Shown piece after piece: positions 39,079 through 50,696 of a stretch of DNA of 64,000 nt. Where the stretch lies: NCBI GenBank assembly GCA_051313645.2, contig JBNRSN020000014.1:8370001-8434000 (forward strand), given 5' to 3'. Position 1 is the first letter of the stretch, and each line of letters opens with the position of its first letter. Source of the stretch: Centroscyllium fabricii. Taxonomy: Eukaryota. The position numbers and the translations under genes are program-made. Under the pieces are notes generated by a model. That model made no database searches. It worked only from the letters and a program-made list of their open reading frames with translations, and was not told the DNA's origin.

Positions 39079-40763
39079 TAACAACAGAAAATGCTGGAAA
39101 AACTCAGCAGGCCAGGCAACATCCGTAAAGAGAGAAATATAGATTTGACGTTTCGGGTTAGGACCCTTTGTCAAAACTGAAGCAAGGAAATGAAACAGGT
39201 GGGAAGGCCGGGGGAGCTGGGAGTGAACAAAACGGAAGAGAAAACAAAAAAGAAAAGACATTAAGAGGTTTTCAAAATGAGACGAGATGGTGATGGGGCT
39301 GGGGACAGGAGACAGCTGTAGATTAGGCATGAAAAGCACTGGCAGAATGGGAGGTGGCTGCCATATGGGAGAGAGAGAGAGAAAATAAAGAGAGAAGGGA
39401 GGCCAAATAAAAGGTGTGGATAAAAATAGGTAACAATATAATGGGGGCCGAAGTAATGATCTGAAATTGTTGAACTCAATATTGAGTCCGGAGGGCTGTA
39501 AAGTGCCTAATCGGAAGATGAGGTGTTGTTCCTCGAGTTTATGCTGAGCTTCGGTGGAACAATGTAATAGGCCGAGGACAGAGAGATCAGAGTGGGAGTG
39601 AAGCGGAGAATTAGTGACAGGCGACCGGGAGCTCCGGGTCACCCTTACGGACTGAACGGAGGTGTTCCGCAAAGCGGTCACCCAATCTGCGTTTGGTCTC
39701 CCCAATGCAGAGGAGACCGCATCGTGAGCAGTGAATACAGTATACCAGATTGCAAGAAGTACAAGTAAATCGCTGTTTCACCTGGAAGGGGTGTTTGGGG
39801 CCCTGGACAGTGGGAAGGGGGGAGGTATAATGGCAGGTGTTACATCTCCTGCGCTTGCACGGGAAGATGCCGAGCGAAGGGGAAGGGGTGCTGGGGGTAC
39901 TGAAGGAGTGGACTAGGGTGGCTCGGAGGGAGCGGTCCCTACGGAATGCTGAAAGGGGAGGGGAGGGGAAGATGCGTTTGGTGGTGGGATCACGTTGGGG
40001 ATGGCGAAAATGGCGGCGGATGATCCGTTGAATGTGGAGGCTGGTGGGATGAAAGGTGAGGACAAGGGGAACCCTATCGTGGTTCCGGAAGGGAGGGGCA
40101 GGGATAAGGGCAGAAGTGTGGGAAATAGAACGGACACGGTCGAGGGCCGTGTCAACCATGGGGAATCCTCAGTTGAGGAAAAAGGAAGACATATTGGAAG
40201 CACTGGTGTGGAAGGTGACATCGTCAGAGCAGATGCGTCAGAGATGGAGAAACTGGGAGAATGGAATAGAGTCCTTACAGGAAGTGGGGTGGGAGGAAGT
40301 GTAGTCCAGGTAGTTGTGGAAGTCAGTGGGCTTGTAGTGAATGTTGGTCAATAACCTATCCCCAGAGATGGAGACGGAGATGTCGAGGAAGGGAAGAGTC
40401 GGAGATGGACTATGTGAAGGTGAGGGAAGGGTGGAAATTGGAGGCAAAGTGAATGAAATTGTCGAGTTCAGCGCGAGAGCAGGAAACGGCGCCGATACAG
40501 TCATCAATGTACCGGAAAAGGGAGGGGACCCGTGTAGGACTGGAACAAAGAGTGTTCCACATATCCCACAAAAAGGCAGGCATAGCTGGGACCCATGAGG
40601 GTATCCATAGCAACACCTTTGATTTGGAGGAAATGAGTGGAGTCAAAGGAGAAGTTGTTCAATGTGAGAACAAGTTCAGCAGGTGGAGGCGGGTGGTGGT
40701 GGACGGGGACTGGTCGGGCCTCTGTTCAAGGAAGACGCGGAGCGCCCTCAGGCTATCCTGGTA
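39079..40763 (-). mobile_element. 5'-truncated Penelope-like retroelement (RT + GIY-YIG), 15-bp TSD
   Basis: Fragments LFRYIDDCIG (RT), LPFLDISV...HYKPTD...SSHP (thumb) and NLVYCIHCSRCGLLCIGETKRRLGDRFAEH (GIY-YIG). CCTATATCAATGAAA at 39064-39078 and 40764-40778. Confidence 0.93.
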
Positions 40764-41049
40764 CCTATATCAATGAAAGCTGATTATTTAGACAAAGAAA
40801 GAGAAATCGGAAAATGTTTAGAAGGAAAGATTTGCATTTATACAGCACCGTATCTTTTCTCTCAGAAACGTCTCAATATATTTTACATAGAATTATTTTG
40901 AAGTAAGGCACATAGGGAAAAATGACAGCTATTTTAGACATTGATTTCCTAAGCCACCGTCCTCCCAGTGTTTCATCTTCAAATAATGTGGGCACCCTGG
41001 CACGTCACATAATGAAAGAATCACAGGTTAATTGATGTCGACATGCATC

Positions 41050-41590
41050 AATTGTTTGTGGTCAGATACCATTCAACCTTGATTGAGTACAAACTTGTTC
41101 TGTTGATATAGGCCATGGAGTTGATAGGACCCTTGATACTCAGATGTGTGGCATCTACAAGACCTGACGCTCAATCGAACCCTGTGAAATTTCTGCATCC
41201 TGACCAGCCGATACCTCTTTTCCAAAGGAAAAGTGATGAAGATGTTGCCCCTTGTAAACATAGATTTTGTCACTTGCTTGGTATGTGCGTACACTGCAGA
41301 CTGCCTGATGTAGCAGCCATCCCTTGGCTGGCTTGGAAAGATGCAGTAGCATGGAAGCTTAACGTTACGACAGCATTCACTTCTAAGGCAAGATGTCCTA
41401 GATGTTGCTGATGGTAGGACTCTGTGACGATGTCTTTTGTGAAGTTGAGGTGGTGAAGACAGTTCTCCTCTGACATGTCCAGGGACGTGTGGAGGGGATC
41501 TCGAAACACAGATCTTGGGGTGTTGACAAAACACCTCGGATGTCGTCCCCTCCCGAACTTGTCTTCCTCATCTGTCTTGCACCATTATGA
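41050..41590 (-). pseudogene. Degenerate Harbinger/HARBI1-like transposase remnant
   Basis: Across frames: MSEENCLHHLNFTKDIVTE, VTLSFHATASFQ, QSAVYAHTKQVT...IFITFP and GLVDATHL (first catalytic Asp motif, compare GxIDCTH). Confidence 0.65.
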
Positions 41591-41891
41591 GAACCCTAAA
41601 AAAGATTCTCACCTTTGCCATGTTGTGAGACACTGTTTAGACGGCAGTACCAACTAAGAATAATGAAGGAAAGCACTGGCAACCCGCCCTGTCTAGAACA
41701 ACTTTATCAGCCTAACTTTGATTTAACTTCCATTAGGTTATTTAAAAATCTCCTTATTTCCAATGGTAAGTTTTTTTATATGAATATATACAAGTACAGA
41801 AAGAGACATTGTTGAAGGTTAGAAGAATAAGCAAAGATGGAGGTTGATGGAACACAATGGTTCCTCATACTGAGACCATAGCTTGTCATAT

Positions 41892-42179
41892 TGTAGCATA
41901 GCCACTAGGGGGAGACACTCTGGTCTCCCCAGGATGTTAGAATCCACATTCCAGAGTTGGTCCCGCCCCTGTCTCCCCATTGGGTAGTTGGATCAACAGT
42001 TCCGGTTCCTGATTGGTCCTGCGGGCTGTCAGTCAAAAGCCCCATGATGCCTTGCGGTTTCGCGCCTTTTGTAAGTTAGTCGTGTTTGGATTGAAATGAA
42101 TAAAGACCTGTTATAGCTTGCTCCGCGATCTTTCGACGTCTTATTGATTTTAAAGAGTGGGGAACTGCCGTTCCCTACA
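41892..42179 (+). repeat. 5' LTR
   Basis: TG...CA ends, AATAAA, and about 16 mismatches to the 3' LTR counted by eye (about 94% identity). Confidence 0.95.
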
Positions 42180-42181
42180 AT

Positions 42182-42193
42182 TGGTGACCCCGA
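42182..42193 (+). promoter_or_regulatory. Primer-binding site complementary to the tRNA-Trp 3' end
   Basis: TGGTGACCCCGA, 2 nt after the 5' LTR. Confidence 0.85.
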
Positions 42194-42850
42194 ATGTCAG
42201 TCACAGAAGGTACTGACCAGAACACGAGCCCCGAGGCCGGGCAATGTGAAAGGCCGTCGATCATCAGCCTCCCCGCCTTTTGGGAGCACCAAGCAGCCGC
42301 TTGGTTTCTGCAAACGGAGGCCCAGTTCCAGCTCAAACGCCTCAACAACGATGCGGACCGCTACCTCCTCGTCGTTTCGGCTCTGCCCAGCCACATTATC
42401 GTGGACCTGCTATGGGACCCGTCACAAGCTAACAGGTACGCTGCCGTTAAGAAGCGACTGCTTCAGGCTCACGACCTACCGGAGGACATACGGGCCCAGC
42501 AACTCTTTGAACTCTCGGACTTAGGCGACTCCACGCCTACGCGCCTGATGAATCGCACGTCGCCCTCCTCGGGGACCACAAAGACTGCCCATTATTTCGG
42601 GCGCTATTCATCAGTCTGCTCCCGCAGCCGGTACAATCGGCTTTAGCAAACGTTAAAGGCGGGACCTACGCCGAGTTGGCCATCGCAGCGGACCGCGTTT
42701 GCCTTTGCTCACCCGCTAACTGCAACCACGAGGCTCTCCGCCCCTACGCAGTGGGCAACGCCTCAACCCCAGCCGGGACTCTGTTATTACCAAACACGCT
42801 TCGGCCCGAAGGCTCATCGCTGCCGACCACCTTGTTCATTCAATGGCAGA
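42194..42850 (+). pseudogene. Gypsy gag (frameshifted)
   Basis: LPAFW...AWFLQTEAQF N-terminal motif, LGDSTPTRLM, and the CsRn1-type knuckle CYYQTRFGPKAHRCRPPC in a downstream frame. Confidence 0.8.
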
Positions 42851-43243
42851 GGTTGTGCCCAAACCCCATGCTCCGAACCTGCACCACCGCCAGGGCCCAG
42901 CCACTGCTAACGCCATTGGCACAGCGGGAGAGCTGCTGTACGTCATGGACTCACTTTCCGGGCGAAGGTTCCTCTGCGACACCGGGGCTCAATGCAGCAT
43001 TCTACCAGCTACGCAGCTCGATCGACAGGCAGGCTGCAGTGGCCCGCCCCTTGTGGCGGTGAATGGCGCAGCCAAAGCCACTTTCGGAAAACGGCGGGCT
43101 GAGATTCGCCTGGGTGGCCAACGGTTTACCTGGGATTTCATTACGGCCAATGTGGAACATCCATTGCTTGGTGCGGATTTCCTATGTGCCCATGGCCTGC
43201 TCATGGACGTCCGGGGCAGACGCCTCATGGATGCGTCTACCTT

Positions 43244-43737
43244 GATATTGGAAACAAGATGGCGGCGCGCATAGACGCAGTGGCTTTGCGTCTCCCGATG
43301 TTTGTGTCCCTGGTTCCCGCACTGTTCCTGGAGAGGATGGCGGGGTCGGTGGAGTAGAGCACCGGTGCTCCTCAATCGGGGCACCGGTGCTGAACAAGCC
43401 GTCGTGGTCGTCTGAGCGCCGGGGCGCTGAGAGCGGGCTCAGAGAGCCGCGGGGCCGTGGGGCTCGGAGGGCCGTGGGGCCGCCGTCGGGCGCCGAGAGC
43501 TGCGAGGCCGTCGGGGGCCGGGAGCTGCGAGGCCGTCGTGGCTGGAGCGCCAGGGCCTGCGTGGCCGGCACCGGGCGCATCGCGGCTGCAGCGCCGGGTG
43601 GTCCTGGTGGGATGGAATGGATCAGACTGGGACTAAAGGACATTTAATAATTTGGGAGATTGCATGTTTGCATTTCGTTGTTTTGTGTATGTTCACTTTA
43701 CAATGACAATAAATTGAATCTTATCTTATCTTATTAT
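43244..43737 (+). mobile_element. Short non-autonomous retroposon (Rex1/Babar-like ends) nested in Gypsy pol
   Basis: TACCTT TSD at 43238-43243 and 43738-43743. 5' CAAGATGGCGGCG, GC/CpG-rich body and 3' gacaataaattgaatcttatcttatcttatt tail. Removing it restores the pol frame (DASTFASLPC...). Confidence 0.75.
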
Positions 43738-45891
43738 TACCTTTGCCTCTCTGCCCTGCCAGCGGAGCGACAGCCAACCCCTCGTGGGCTCCTGCTCTCC
43801 TCCTCTTCGCGACAAATATGTGTGCTTACCGGCCGATTTCCTGGCCATTACACAGCCGACCTTTTCAGATGTGGCGGCCAAACATTGCGTCCAGCATCAC
43901 ATCGCAACTACTGGCCCACCGGTTTTCGCTCGAGCCAGGCGCCTCGACCCCACAAAAATGGCAGTGGCCAAGAAGGAATTCTCTGCCATGGAGAAGTTGG
44001 GGATCATTCGTCCTTCAAATAGCCCGTGGTCGTCCCCGCTCCACATCGTTCCCAAGCCCGGTGGCTGCTGGTGACCGTGCGGCGACTACAGGCGCCTCAA
44101 TGACACTACCATGCCGGACAGATACCTGGTGCCACATATTCAAGACTTTTTGGCACACCTGGCGGGTAAAACAATTTTTTTTAAAGTCGACCTCATCCGA
44201 GGATATCACCAGGTCCCGGTCCATCCGGACAACGTCCAAAAGACGGCGGTTATTACCCCTTTTGGACTCTTTGAATTCCTCCGTGTGCCTTTCGGGTTAA
44301 AGAATGCGGCACAGGTTTTCCAACGGCTGATGGACTCTCTCCTTCGGGACTTGGACTTTTTATTTGTATATCTCGATGACATTTTGGTTGCTAGCGCGGA
44401 TGAATCTCAACATGTTGTGCATTTGCGTTCCCTTTTTCAGAGATTGGCCCACCATGGCCTAATTGTAAACCTGGTTAAATGCCAATTCGGCCTTACTGAA
44501 ATTGATTTTTTAGGTCATCACATCTCCCCGGCGGGAGCCATCCCTTCACCCTCTAAGGTCCAAGCGGTCACAGATTTTCCCCAGTTCAGCTCGGTTAAGT
44601 CACTCCAGGAATTTCTGGGAATGGTAAATTTTTATCACTGGTTCCTCCTCAATGCTGCCTCCATCATGCGCCCCCTGTACGAGGCCACTAGGGGTAGGAC
44701 CGGCAAGGATAGCCTTCAGTGGTCGGCTAATAAGGCTGAGGCTTTTCGCCTCACTAAGTCGGCCCTGGCCGAAGCCACCCTTTTGACCCACCCCATCCCG
44801 GGCACCCTGCTTTCACTCACGACGAACGCCTCGGATCATGCCATTGGCGCCGTTCAGCAACAATGGGTTGATGGTGCCTGGCAGCCCCTTGCATTTTTTA
44901 GCCGCCAACTGTGGAAAAATTAGCTCTCGTATAACACGTTCGACCGGGAACTGCTAGCTCTTTTTCTTGCAGTGCGGCATTTTCGTTTTCTCTTGGAGGG
45001 CCGTCCGTTCACTGCCTACGTGGACCATAAGCCCCTCATTTTTGCTATGTCCAAAGTCATGGAGCCCTGGTCAGGTCGCCAACAGCGGCACCTGAATTTC
45101 ATATCAGAATTTACTACGGATATCCGTCACGTGTCCAGTAAGGATAATGTCGTTGCCGACTGTCTCTCCCGTCCTTCCCTCCATGCGGTCCATGTTGGTG
45201 TCGATTACGCAGAAATGGCGTGCGCCCAGCGGGTGTACGCTGAGCTGCAGGCTCTTCGTTTTGTGTCCACCGGCCTGACCCTAGCGGACATCCATTTTCA
45301 TGCAGCCGGCACGACTCTTTTGTGTGACGTTTCCGTTTCCACCCCCAGGCCCTTAGTGCCCACCTCCTGGCGCAGGCGCATTTTCGGTTTGGTCCATGGG
45401 CTCTCCCACCCAGGCATGCGGGCTTCTCAGAAGCTTCTGTCAGCCAAATTTGTTTGGCCGGGCCTGCACAAGGATGTGCGGGACTGGACTAACACCTGCC
45501 AGGACTGCCAACGCGCTAAAGTCCATCAGCATACTAAGGATCCCCAGCAAACTTTTCCGGTGCCAGAGTGGCGTTTTGATCATGTCCATGTTGATTTGGT
45601 TGGCCCCGTGCCCCATCACAGGGTTTCACCCATCTCCTTACCATCGTAGACCGTACCACTAGGTGGCCGGAGGTCGTACCCCTTTCTTCCACCACTACGG
45701 CCGACGTGGCACGCGCCTTTATTTTTTCATGGGTGGCCCGGTTTGGGGTTCCGTCGGACATGACTTCCGACAGGGGCCCACAGTTTACCTCCCAGCTGTG
45801 GAGCGCAATCGCCACTGGTCTGGGGACGCAGTTGCACCGCACAACTACTTATCATCCACAGGCAAACGGTATTTGCGAACGTTTCCATCGC

Positions 45892-48434
45892 ATCAAAAGG
45901 GAAATTAGAGAAGCGTGCAATAAGAGCCCAGCTGTCATCATAGGTGACTTTAACTTGCATATAGATTGGACTAGCCAAATTAGTAAAAATAATGAGGAGG
46001 AGGAATTCCTTGAGTGTGTAAGGGATGGTTATCTGGATCAATATGTTGAGGAACCAACTCGGGATCAGGCTATCTTGGACTGGGTACTGTGCAATGAGAA
46101 GGGACTAATTAGTAATCTTGTTGTACGGGGACCCTTGGGTCAGAGCGATCATAACATGATCGAATTCTCACTCGAAATGGAGAGCGAAGAAACTGACTCA
46201 GAGACTAAGGTCCTAAATTTAAATAAGGGGAATTATGATGCCATGAGACGGGAATTAAGTAAGACTGATTGGGCAGCGTTTCTGGGGGGACTGGCGGTGG
46301 ATAAACAATGGCAAGCATTTAAAGACAGAATGGCAGAATTGCAGAAATTGTTTATACCAATCTGGCATAAAAAGAAATCTAAAAAGGTGACTCAACCGTG
46401 GATAACAGGGGAAATTAGGGACAGCATAAAATCCAAAGAAAGGGCATATAAAATAGCCAAAAAAAGCACCAGACCTGAAGATTGGGAACAGTTTAGGATA
46501 CAACAAAGGAGGGCAAAGGGATTAATCAGGAGGGGAAAAATAGCGTACGAAAGTAAGCTTGCGGCAAACATAAAATCTAACTCCAAAAGCTTTTACAAGT
46601 ATATTAAGAGGAAAAGACTGGTGAAATCCAAAGTCGGTCCATTACAGTCAGATTCTGGGGAATATATAATGAGAAATAAGGAAATGGCAGACCAATTAAA
46701 TGCATATTTTGGGTCTGTCTTCACAAAGGAAGACACAAAAAACCTCCCTGAGATATCAGGAACCATAGGGACAATTGGAAGGGAGGAACTGACAAAAATC
46801 AATATCTCTAAGGATATGGTGTTGGGGAAGCTAAAGGGACTGAAGGCTGACAAATCCCCAGGGCCTGATAACATGCATCCTAGGGTACTCAAGGAGGTGG
46901 CCCTAGAGATAGCAGATGCTTTAAGGATAATTTTCCAGAATTCGATAGACTCGGGAACAGTGCCCATGGATTGGAGGGTAGCTAACGTTACCCCACTATT
47001 TAAAAAGGGGGGTAGGGAAAAAGCGGGTAATTACAGACCTGTAAGCCTTACATCGGTGGTGGGCAAAATACTAGAGTCCATCATTAAGGATGTAATAGCA
47101 GAGCACTTGGCAAATGGGGACAGGATAGGACAGAGTCAACATGGATTTACAAAAGGTAAATCGTGCTTGACGAATCTATTGGAATTCTTTGAGGAAGTAA
47201 CTGGTAAAATAGATGGGGGAGAGCCAGTAGATGTGGTGTACCTGGACTTCCAAAAAGCCTTCGATAAGGTCCCACATAAAAGATTAGCATGTAAAATCAA
47301 GGCTCATGGGATAAGGGGAAAAGTATTGACGTGGATAGAGAACTGGCTGGCAGATAGAAAACAGAGAGTTGGAATAAACGGCTCATTTTCTGAATGGCAG
47401 GCAGTAACAAGTGGAGTACCTCCGGGATCTGTCCTGGGTCCCCAGCTGTTCACAATTTATATTAATGACCTAGATCAGGGAATCGGATGCAGCATCTCCA
47501 AATTCGCAGACGACACTAAACTAGGAGGGGGGGTAGGCTCAGAAGAAGAGATCAGGAAGCTCCAGAGCGATTTGGACAAATTGGGGGACTGGGCAGATAC
47601 ATGGCAAATGCACTATAATGTGGATAAGTGTGAAGTTATCCACCTTGGGGGCAAAAACGGGAGGGCAAATTATTATTTAAATGGCAATAGATTGGGAGAT
47701 GGGGAAGTACAGAGAGACCTGGGTGTTCTTGTGCACCAGTCATTGAAGGCGAGCATGCAGGTGCAACAGGCGGTCAGGAAGGCAAATGGTATGCTGGCCT
47801 TCATATCAAAAGGGTTAGAATACAGGAACAAGGACACCTTACTACAGCTGTACAGGGCACTGGTGAGACCACACCTCGAGTACTGTGTGCAGTTTTGGTC
47901 GCCTCATCTGAGGAAGGATGTTCTTGCCATGGAAAGAGTGCAGCGGCGATTCACCAGGCTGATACCAGGAATGGCAGGAATGACCTATGAGGAGAGACTA
48001 TGTAGTTTGGGGATGTACACACTGGAGTTTAGAAGATTGAGAGGGGATCTCATAGAAACATATAAAATTCTGACAGGCCTGGACAGACTAGATGCAGAAG
48101 GAATGTTTCCGATGGCAGGAGAGTACAGAACTAGGGGACACAGTTTAAGGATAAGGGCTAAACCATTTAGGACAGAGATGAGGAGGAATTTCTTCACCCA
48201 GAGAGTGGTGAACCTGTGGAACTCACTGCCACAGAGGGCAGTGGACGCCCGCTCATTAAATATATTTAAGAGGGAATTAGATATATTTCTGCAGGCAAAA
48301 GGGGTTAAAGGTTACGGAGAGAAGGCAGGGACGGGATACTGAACTGAAGGATCAGCCATGATCTCAATGAATGGCGGAGCAGGCTCGAAGGGCCGAATGG
48401 CCTACTCCTGCTCCTATCATCTATGTATCTATGT
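45892..48434 (+). mobile_element. Young 5'-truncated CR1 LINE nested in the Gypsy integrase
   Basis: Uninterrupted ORF2 portion (APE C-terminal GDFN and SDH motifs, RT FADD) to the stop at 48342, then a ctatgtatctatgt tail. Integrase resumes exactly (ERFHR|TLKASL). Confidence 0.95.
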
Positions 48435-49179
48435 ACCCTTAAGGCCTCACTCCATGCCAGCCTGGTCGACGTCAATTGGTTGGACAGGCTCCCTTGGGTC
48501 CTGCTGGGGTTGCGCTCCGCGCCCAAGGACGACCTCGCGTGTCTTCTGCCGAACTCATTTTTGGACAACCTTTGCGCATTCCAGGAGAGTTCCTCCCCTC
48601 CATCACCGAGAATTGGTCAGCCGGCGAGCAGCTCACCCGGCACAATGACGCCGCACATCGTTTCCTTCCTGTGCCCACCTCTTGGCACGGTGCCCGGTCG
48701 TCCCACATACCCACCGAGCTCCGCAGGGCACGATTTGTTTTTGTGCATCGCGATGCCCATAGAACTCCTTTACAGGCACTATATACTGGCCCTTTTAGGG
48801 TGCTGGAGGCTGGCGACAAGACTTTCCTCCTCGCGGTTGGGGGCCGACAGGACCGCGTTTCCATCGACCGGCTTAAACCGGCCCATTTGGCCCCTGCCTC
48901 GCCTGAACAGTTTTCCCGGGCCCCGCGCCAGGAGCGTTTCTCTGTCCCGAGCGTGCCCCCAGCGGGTCCCGCGCTGTTTACCCCCCCTGGGTACAGCTCC
49001 AGCTCTTGCTCCACCTCCGGGTTTCTCCCCGGTCTCACCTCCTACTCCTGCGGCACAGCCTCCCTCCAGTCCTGTTCGCGGATCCCCGGTATCGGCCTAC
49101 CGCACTCGTTGCGGCGGCCTCATCATGCTTCCTTGGAGGTTGACGTCTCATGTTCATGAGGATTCTGGGCGGGGGCGTG

Positions 49180-49467
49180 TGTAGCATTGTCACTAGGGGG
49201 AGACACTCTGGTCTCCCCAGGATGGTAGAATCCACATTCCAGAGTTGGTCCCGCCCCTGTTTCCCCATTGGGTAGTTGGAGCAACAGTTCCGGTTCCTGA
49301 TTGGTCCTGCGGGCTGTCCGTTAAAAGCCCCATGATGCTTTGCGGTTTCGCGCCTTTTGTAAGTTAGTCGTGTTTGGATTGAAACGAATAAAACCCTGTT
49401 TAAGCTTGCTCCGCTATCTTTCGACGTTTTATTGATTTTAAAGAATGGGGAACTGCCGTTCCCTACA
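49180..49467 (+). repeat. 3' LTR
   Basis: Matches the 5' LTR and is followed by the ATAT TSD. Confidence 0.95.
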
Positions 49468-50007
49468 ATATGAAGGAAGGTAAGCAGTGAAGGATGTTCC
49501 CTGCAAGGCTAATTTCCAGGATCCTTCTATGTTTGTTCCTCTCCAGTTTTCTTTCCTGTTTTCCCTCCTGTCCCGAGTAATACTAGGGTGAGATTCCATG
49601 GGTGTAAGGTGTCACCTGGCACCTCACCCGAATGGCCATTCTTCGTGTACCAGCCTAGATAATGCTTGCCATTCAATGTCCGAGAGCATCACATCCAAAC
49701 TTGATCTTGTCCCAAACCAAAATCCACACACCTGCACTTTCCAGAAGCAGTCATTATGCAGCGATCAGGAGCTGGATTGCTGGCTGTTTTTTCCCCTCCC
49801 TAGCTCAAGGACGCTGAACTATCGTGCCCGTAATGTCGCCCTGGTTAACCGCAGCTAACAGCACAGACCAAGGACTGGTCCGGAGTCCTGCACGCCTCAG
49901 TATGACACAAGACGGTTCTGTCATCAACTGAGCCAGAGCAGATGCTCCTCCCGTATATTTTAATGTGACTGGAATGTGACAATAATTCCACTCAGAACTG
50001 ATCTATA

Positions 50008-50620
50008 AGAACATAAAAATTAGGAGCAGGAGTCGGCCATACGGCCCCTCGAGCCTGCTCCGTCATTCAATGAGATCACGGCTGATCATCGACCTCAACT
50101 CCACTTTCCTACCCGATATCCATATCCCTCGATTCCCCGAGAGTCCAAAAATCTATCGATCTCAGCCTTGAATATACTCAAAGACTCAGCATCCACAGCC
50201 CTCTGGGGCAGAGAATTCCAAAGATTCACAACCCTCTGAGTGAAGAAATTCCTCCTCATCTCAGTCCTCAATGGCTGATCCCTTATCCTGAGACTGTGAC
50301 CCCTGGTTCCAGACTCTCCAGCCGGGGGAAACAACCTCTCAGCATCGACCCCGTCAATCCCCCTCAGAATCTGATATGTTTCAATGAGATCACCTCTCAT
50401 TCTTCTAAACTCCAGAGAGTATCGGCCCATTCTACTCAATCTCTCCTCATAGGACAACCCTCTCATCCCAGGAATCAATCCAGTGAACCTTTGTTGCACC
50501 GCCTCCAAGGCAAGTATATCCTTCCTCGGATAAGGAGACCAAAACTGTGCCCAGTACTCCAGGTGTGGCCTCACCAAAGCCCTGTACAATTGTAGCAGGA
50601 CTTCCTTACTCTTGTACTCC
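50008..50620 (-). mobile_element. CR1 LINE 3' fragment
   Basis: YRALVRPHLEY...RGDLIETY...GKWS* plus 3' UTR; a related piece lies at 5548-5760 (-). Confidence 0.92.
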
Positions 50621-50696
50621 CCCGGTGTATCGATAAGTCAAAAGTTTGGGCTAGTTCCCTCAAGGGAATGATTTCAGTTGAATGATAAAATCATAC

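Larger units (their letters stand above)
42843..49159 (+). pseudogene. Gypsy pol (PR-RT-RNaseH-IN), interrupted
   Basis: FLCDTGAQCSIL (PR); PFGLKNAAQVFQR and YLDD (RT); HGLSHPG...CQDC and SDRGPQF...HPQANGICERFHR (IN); LYTGPFRV (GPY/F). Stops at 44072 and 44921, frameshifts and two insertions. Confidence 0.9.
41892..49467 (+). mobile_element. Full-length Gypsy LTR retrotransposon (CsRn1-like clade), defective, with two nested insertions
   Basis: 288-bp LTRs TGTAG...CTACA (41892-42179 and 49180-49467), 4-bp TSD ATAT, tRNA-Trp-type PBS, G-rich PPT at about 49166-49179, and gag followed by pol in the order PR-RT-RH-IN. Confidence 0.96.

Noticed and set aside
39065-39122. N-terminal part of ORF 38730-39122 ([18 protein letters not shown])
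   Set aside because: It is intron and retroelement tail read in frame with exon 46, not coding sequence.
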